Positions 60,351 to 64,000 of a DNA stretch of 64,000 nt are shown one piece after another. Under the pieces are notes generated by a model that searched no databases, was not told the DNA's origin, and saw only the letters and a list, made by a program, of their open reading frames with translations. The stretch covers positions 1-64,000 of the forward strand of contig JBEKDF010000011.1 in assembly GCA_050014495.1 (NCBI GenBank), read 5' to 3'. The stretch is from Candidatus Bathyarchaeia archaeon (GTDB lineage Archaea > Thermoproteota > Bathyarchaeia > TCS64). A program made the position numbers and the translations under genes. The stretch's first letter is position 1. Each line of letters starts with the position of its first letter.

Positions 60351-62042
60351 ATGTCCGACTCCAAGTATATTTACCAGCTTAGGCGTTGGGGAGGCCCAGG
60401 GAGGTACGACTGTGTTGCCCCTAACGGGGTTGTCGCCTCTAAGCACACCTTAATAGGAGAAGCGGGGTGCAAAATGATTCGCCGGGGCGGAAATGCCATT
60501 GACGCCGCGGTAGCTGCCACTTTCATGGATTGCGTCGTCGAACCCGCAATGAACGGTATCGGTGGGGAGGGCGTTATGGCCATCCACCTAGCCTCGGGGG
60601 AGAACGTAATAGTCGATTACGTCGGGAGGCCCTCGAAGGATTGTACGCCCAACATGTACAAGCTATCGGAGGCGACTGAGCCAGGGTGGATGGGGTGGAG
60701 GGCAGTCGAGGGAGACGCTAACGTGATTGGCCATAAGGCCTGCGTGACACCGGGCACAGTCGCAGGTCTAATCGAGGCACTAGAACGGCATGGTAGCATG
60801 AAGCTCCCTGATGTGATGGCTCCCGCAATAAGCATCGCCGAGGAGGGATTCCCCGTAGGCTGGTGGACAGCAGGATCCATCTTCCAAGGAATGAAGACCT
60901 TCTGGCATCTCCTTGAGTGGAGGAAGATCTTCTTACACGACTCACAGTTCCCCTACATTCCTTTCACTTACGACATACCCAAGCCAGAGATGCTTGTACA
61001 GAAAGACCTGGCGAAGAGTCTCAGGGCGATAGCTGAGGGGGGAAGAGATGCCTTCTACAAGGGGTGGATCGCAGACGCAATAGCCGAGGAGATGTCATCG
61101 AACAACGGCCTCATTAGCAGGGAGGACCTTGCCGCATACGAGCCAATAGTATCCGAGTCAGAACCCGGCAGGTACCGCGGCCATGAAGTCGTATACGATC
61201 CAACCCACGGTGGCACCACGCTTATGGAAATGCTAAATATCCTCGAGGGATATGACCTCGCACACTTTGGCTTCGGATCGCCAGAGCACCTGCACCTCGT
61301 GGGGGACGCAATTGGACTAGCCTACGCGGACAGGTTCGAGTTTATGGGCGACCCAGGCTACGTGAAGGTTCCACAAAGGGCACTCGTATCGAAATCTTAT
61401 GCAGCAGAGCTTAGGAAATCCATGAGTCTTGATAAGGCAACGAAGATAGGCTTTGGGAGGCCCTGGCCCTTCGAGCCAGACCACACGACCTCCCTCGCAG
61501 TTGCCGACAAGGTGGGTAACATGGTCTGCGTGAACCAGACCCTTGTCAACATCTTCGGCTCAGGCGTCGTCGTTCCAGGGACGGGGATTACGATGAATAA
61601 CGCCATGTATGGGCTAAATCCGGAGCCAGAACACGCGAACTCGATCAATGGGCGGAAGAGACGAATACAGAACGTATGTCCAATAATTGTTTTAAAGAGC
61701 GGGGTGCCACTCCTCGCCTGCGGTGCCCCCGGTGGTAGGAACATCCCAGTAGCTGTTCTACAGGTGATCCTCCACGTTATTGACTTCAAGATGGGTATAC
61801 AGGAAGCGATAGAGGCACCTCGATGCACAAGAGAGACTGGGCGCCTTTTCATCGACAGCAGGTTCTCACAAGAGGTGAGAGAACAACTCAAAGCCATGGG
61901 CCACGATATCGATTGGGTCGACGAAGAGCTTAGGAGCTGGGCTCGCCCTGTTGGCGTACTCAGGGACCCCAAGACAGAGATGCTACACGGCGGCGTAACA
62001 ACTACTCTGACTAACTTCGAGTCCAGGGCAGTGGGCTGCTAA
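60351..62042 (+). CDS. ggt: gamma-glutamyltransferase family
   Basis: GGNAIDAAVA, GIGG, HTTSL nucleophile, FGSGVV, GAPGG. Confidence 0.92.
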   Translation: MSDSKYIYQLRRWGGPGRYDCVAPNGVVASKHTLIGEAGCKMIRRGGNAIDAAVAATFMDCVVEPAMNGIGGEGVMAIHLASGENVIVDYVGRPSKDCTPNMYKLSEATEPGWMGWRAVEGDANVIGHKACVTPGTVAGLIEALERHGSMKLPDVMAPAISIAEEGFPVGWWTAGSIFQGMKTFWHLLEWRKIFLHDSQFPYIPFTYDIPKPEMLVQKDLAKSLRAIAEGGRDAFYKGWIADAIAEEMSSNNGLISREDLAAYEPIVSESEPGRYRGHEVVYDPTHGGTTLMEMLNILEGYDLAHFGFGSPEHLHLVGDAIGLAYADRFEFMGDPGYVKVPQRALVSKSYAAELRKSMSLDKATKIGFGRPWPFEPDHTTSLAVADKVGNMVCVNQTLVNIFGSGVVVPGTGITMNNAMYGLNPEPEHANSINGRKRRIQNVCPIIVLKSGVPLLACGAPGGRNIPVAVLQVILHVIDFKMGIQEAIEAPRCTRETGRLFIDSRFSQEVREQLKAMGHDIDWVDEELRSWARPVGVLRDPKTEMLHGGVTTTLTNFESRAVGC

Positions 62043-62159
62043 ACATCTCTGTCATAACTCATCTATTCTTTGTCGAGTCTTAGGCCCTACTTCCAATGAT
62101 ATGACAAAACATTGTTACGCGCGAGAGATTTGTAAGTAGTAAATCGTGTATCACGATGT

Positions 62160-62360
62160 CTACCAGAAAGTTATTGGTATTCGTATGTGGATGGCATCGG
62201 CGGGGCACTCCTCCTGACATATGAAACACATCTGGCATTCCTCCTCATAAGTTACGATTGGGCGCCTAGTCTGTTCATCCCAGGTGTAAACGTCTAGTGG
62301 ACAGACCTCGTAACAACGACTGCATCCTATGCACTTTTCATTCTCGACATTGACTATCAT
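62160..62360 (-). CDS. 2x[4Fe-4S] ferredoxin (AprB-like)
   Basis: CIGCSRCYEVCP, CQMCFICQEECP; ATGA overlap with the upstream flavoprotein. Confidence 0.88.
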   Translation of the reverse strand: MIVNVENEKCIGCSRCYEVCPLDVYTWDEQTRRPIVTYEEECQMCFICQEECPADAIHIRIPITFW

Positions 62361-64000
62361 GGCTTGACCTCCTTGACAGCAAGATACTCTTCGCGTGTCG
62401 GGACCCTCTGCTCGGTCGTCTGCCTCCTTGAGAGCATCATCTCCCCATTTTCGTGTCTGATTACTACACGTTGCCTGTACCAACCCGGTTGCTGGTTGGG
62501 GTAATCGATCCTATGATGAAAGTGACGACCATAGGGGATGGTCTCTGTGCGGAAAAGAGCAGCAGCCATATGCATTTCGGCCACATCCATTATATTTCGC
62601 ACCTCAACCGAACGCATCAGATCGTGAGGATTCTTCGCTGAAAGTTGGGGTATGACTCTATCTCGAAGCTCCTTGATGAGCCTCAGGCCGTGCTTCAACA
62701 TTCCCTCCGACTTGACGACGTTACCGTAACGGGTGAGGACTCCGCGTATCTTCTCCTCAAGCTCCTGTGGCTGGATCCCATTGGGCAGCTTCGAAGGTGC
62801 AAATGTCGTCTCCTCTATCGTCATTAATTGTTTGCTATCGATGGGTTGGATCATAGCTTGTCTCGCATATTTTGCAGCGGCTTCTCCAGCTCTTCGGGCG
62901 AAGACGAAGGCACCGCTGAGGCTATCCATCCATATTTCATCACCAGCAGCATAGAGTCCCTTCATACTGGTGCTCCCGTTGTATCCAAAGTCGGCTCCAC
63001 CGAGGAAACCTATAGGGGTAGGTATAGCCTCAACCTTGTCTCTCCTCGGGTCTAGCCCCCTTTGCTGGTATGACTCTGGGAGATAGATGTCGGGTTTATG
63101 TTTCTCGTAGCTAGCGTAGGCGTTACGTTTCTTCATCTTCTCATCGCTTAGACCAGTGGCGTCCCAATACAGTGGAGCGTTTTCCTCCATTGTCTTGAGA
63201 TGCATCGACCAGAGGCGCCCCCACTTCTTCGCGTAGGTCTCTTTAAGGAAGTCCTCCCCCTTCCAGTTGACCATCTTGCCCCCCCAGTAGCGGCCCATTG
63301 TGTTACCGATCATGTGGTCAGTTCGTATGAGCTCCATCATGGTCATCTCCACTCCTGCACGGTAACACATTCCTCTACCATCACCACTATTCGTACCTAC
63401 ATCACGCATCCAGAACCAACGCCTACCGGGGGAGACAATGTAAGTGCGGCTGGATGAGCCCGTGCACATGATCACAGACTTTGCGTGATAGGCGGTGAGC
63501 TCCCCTGTCCTGACGTTTAAACCGACTACGCCAGCAACAACGTTGAGGTGAGTAAGTAGGTCGACGGCCGTCGTACGCTCCACTACCATAATATTTCGGC
63601 GTCCGAGCTCAGCGATTAGGCACTTCTTCATCGAGCCCCCTTTAATTTCCACGCCCGACTCCATTCGCTCGCCTATGAACTTCTCCCAATAGTTCGCGTA
63701 GCTGCCGTCGGGATTCTTGTATATCTCAAGCCCCCATTTTTCCAGGTCCCTCACAATCGCCGGGAACTCCTCCGCTATTATATACTTGTCGAGGGGACGC
63801 TCAATGCCGGATAAGCCAGAACTGGAACTCAGATACCCCTCGACGAATTGTTCGGAGGTGGGTCCTCCTGGCATGTTGGTCATCGGGTTTAGTTCCCCGG
63901 AGTGGTGGCCCATGGCGAGGTTACCGCAACTACGAAGGACAGCCTTCTCGAGTACCAGTACTTTATCCGTGAATTCACTCGCCTTAATGGCAGCCATACT
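62357..64000 (-). CDS. FAD flavoprotein of the AprA/SdhA/NadB superfamily; 5' truncated by window
   Basis: VLVLEK, NSGDG, GLYAAGD, AALFRTE...HHRIDYP. Confidence 0.85.
   Translation of the reverse strand, partial: SMAAIKASEFTDKVLVLEKAVLRSCGNLAMGHHSGELNPMTNMPGGPTSEQFVEGYLSSSSGLSGIERPLDKYIIAEEFPAIVRDLEKWGLEIYKNPDGSYANYWEKFIGERMESGVEIKGGSMKKCLIAELGRRNIMVVERTTAVDLLTHLNVVAGVVGLNVRTGELTAYHAKSVIMCTGSSSRTYIVSPGRRWFWMRDVGTNSGDGRGMCYRAGVEMTMMELIRTDHMIGNTMGRYWGGKMVNWKGEDFLKETYAKKWGRLWSMHLKTMEENAPLYWDATGLSDEKMKKRNAYASYEKHKPDIYLPESYQQRGLDPRRDKVEAIPTPIGFLGGADFGYNGSTSMKGLYAAGDEIWMDSLSGAFVFARRAGEAAAKYARQAMIQPIDSKQLMTIEETTFAPSKLPNGIQPQELEEKIRGVLTRYGNVVKSEGMLKHGLRLIKELRDRVIPQLSAKNPHDLMRSVEVRNIMDVAEMHMAAALFRTETIPYGRHFHHRIDYPNQQPGWYRQRVVIRHENGEMMLSRRQTTEQRVPTREEYLAVKEVKP

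Overview
Archaeal chromosomal window; gene content (L14e, L40e, split GcvP, porGDAB, EMC3/TMCO1, PGI/PMI, archaeal-type tRNAs) suggests Bathyarchaeia or a related TACK lineage (inference, not a database result). It has two parts. (1) About 1-22 kb is a loosely packed accessory region with long spacers, several decayed genes (anion permease, nicotinamidase, PAS histidine kinase, CsbD, and two ORFs broken by a single in-frame TGA), a pncB-pncA'-nadE NAD salvage operon, stress-type microproteins, two 45-aa Pro-rich microproteins next to a radical SAM/SPASM gene, and divergent tRNA-Ile(CAT) and tRNA-Glu(TTC) genes. Most spacers here carry alternating purine-pyrimidine tracts with a GCGCGCGCA-like core. 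(2) About 22-64 kb is dense housekeeping and peptide/amino-acid catabolism, with a roughly 155-nt rod-like putative ncRNA between convergent genes and several enzymes with altered catalytic motifs (proline racemase family, LarA family, GT2). No CRISPR array, rRNA, integrase or transposase was recognised. All calls come from motif recognition by eye and no searches were run.
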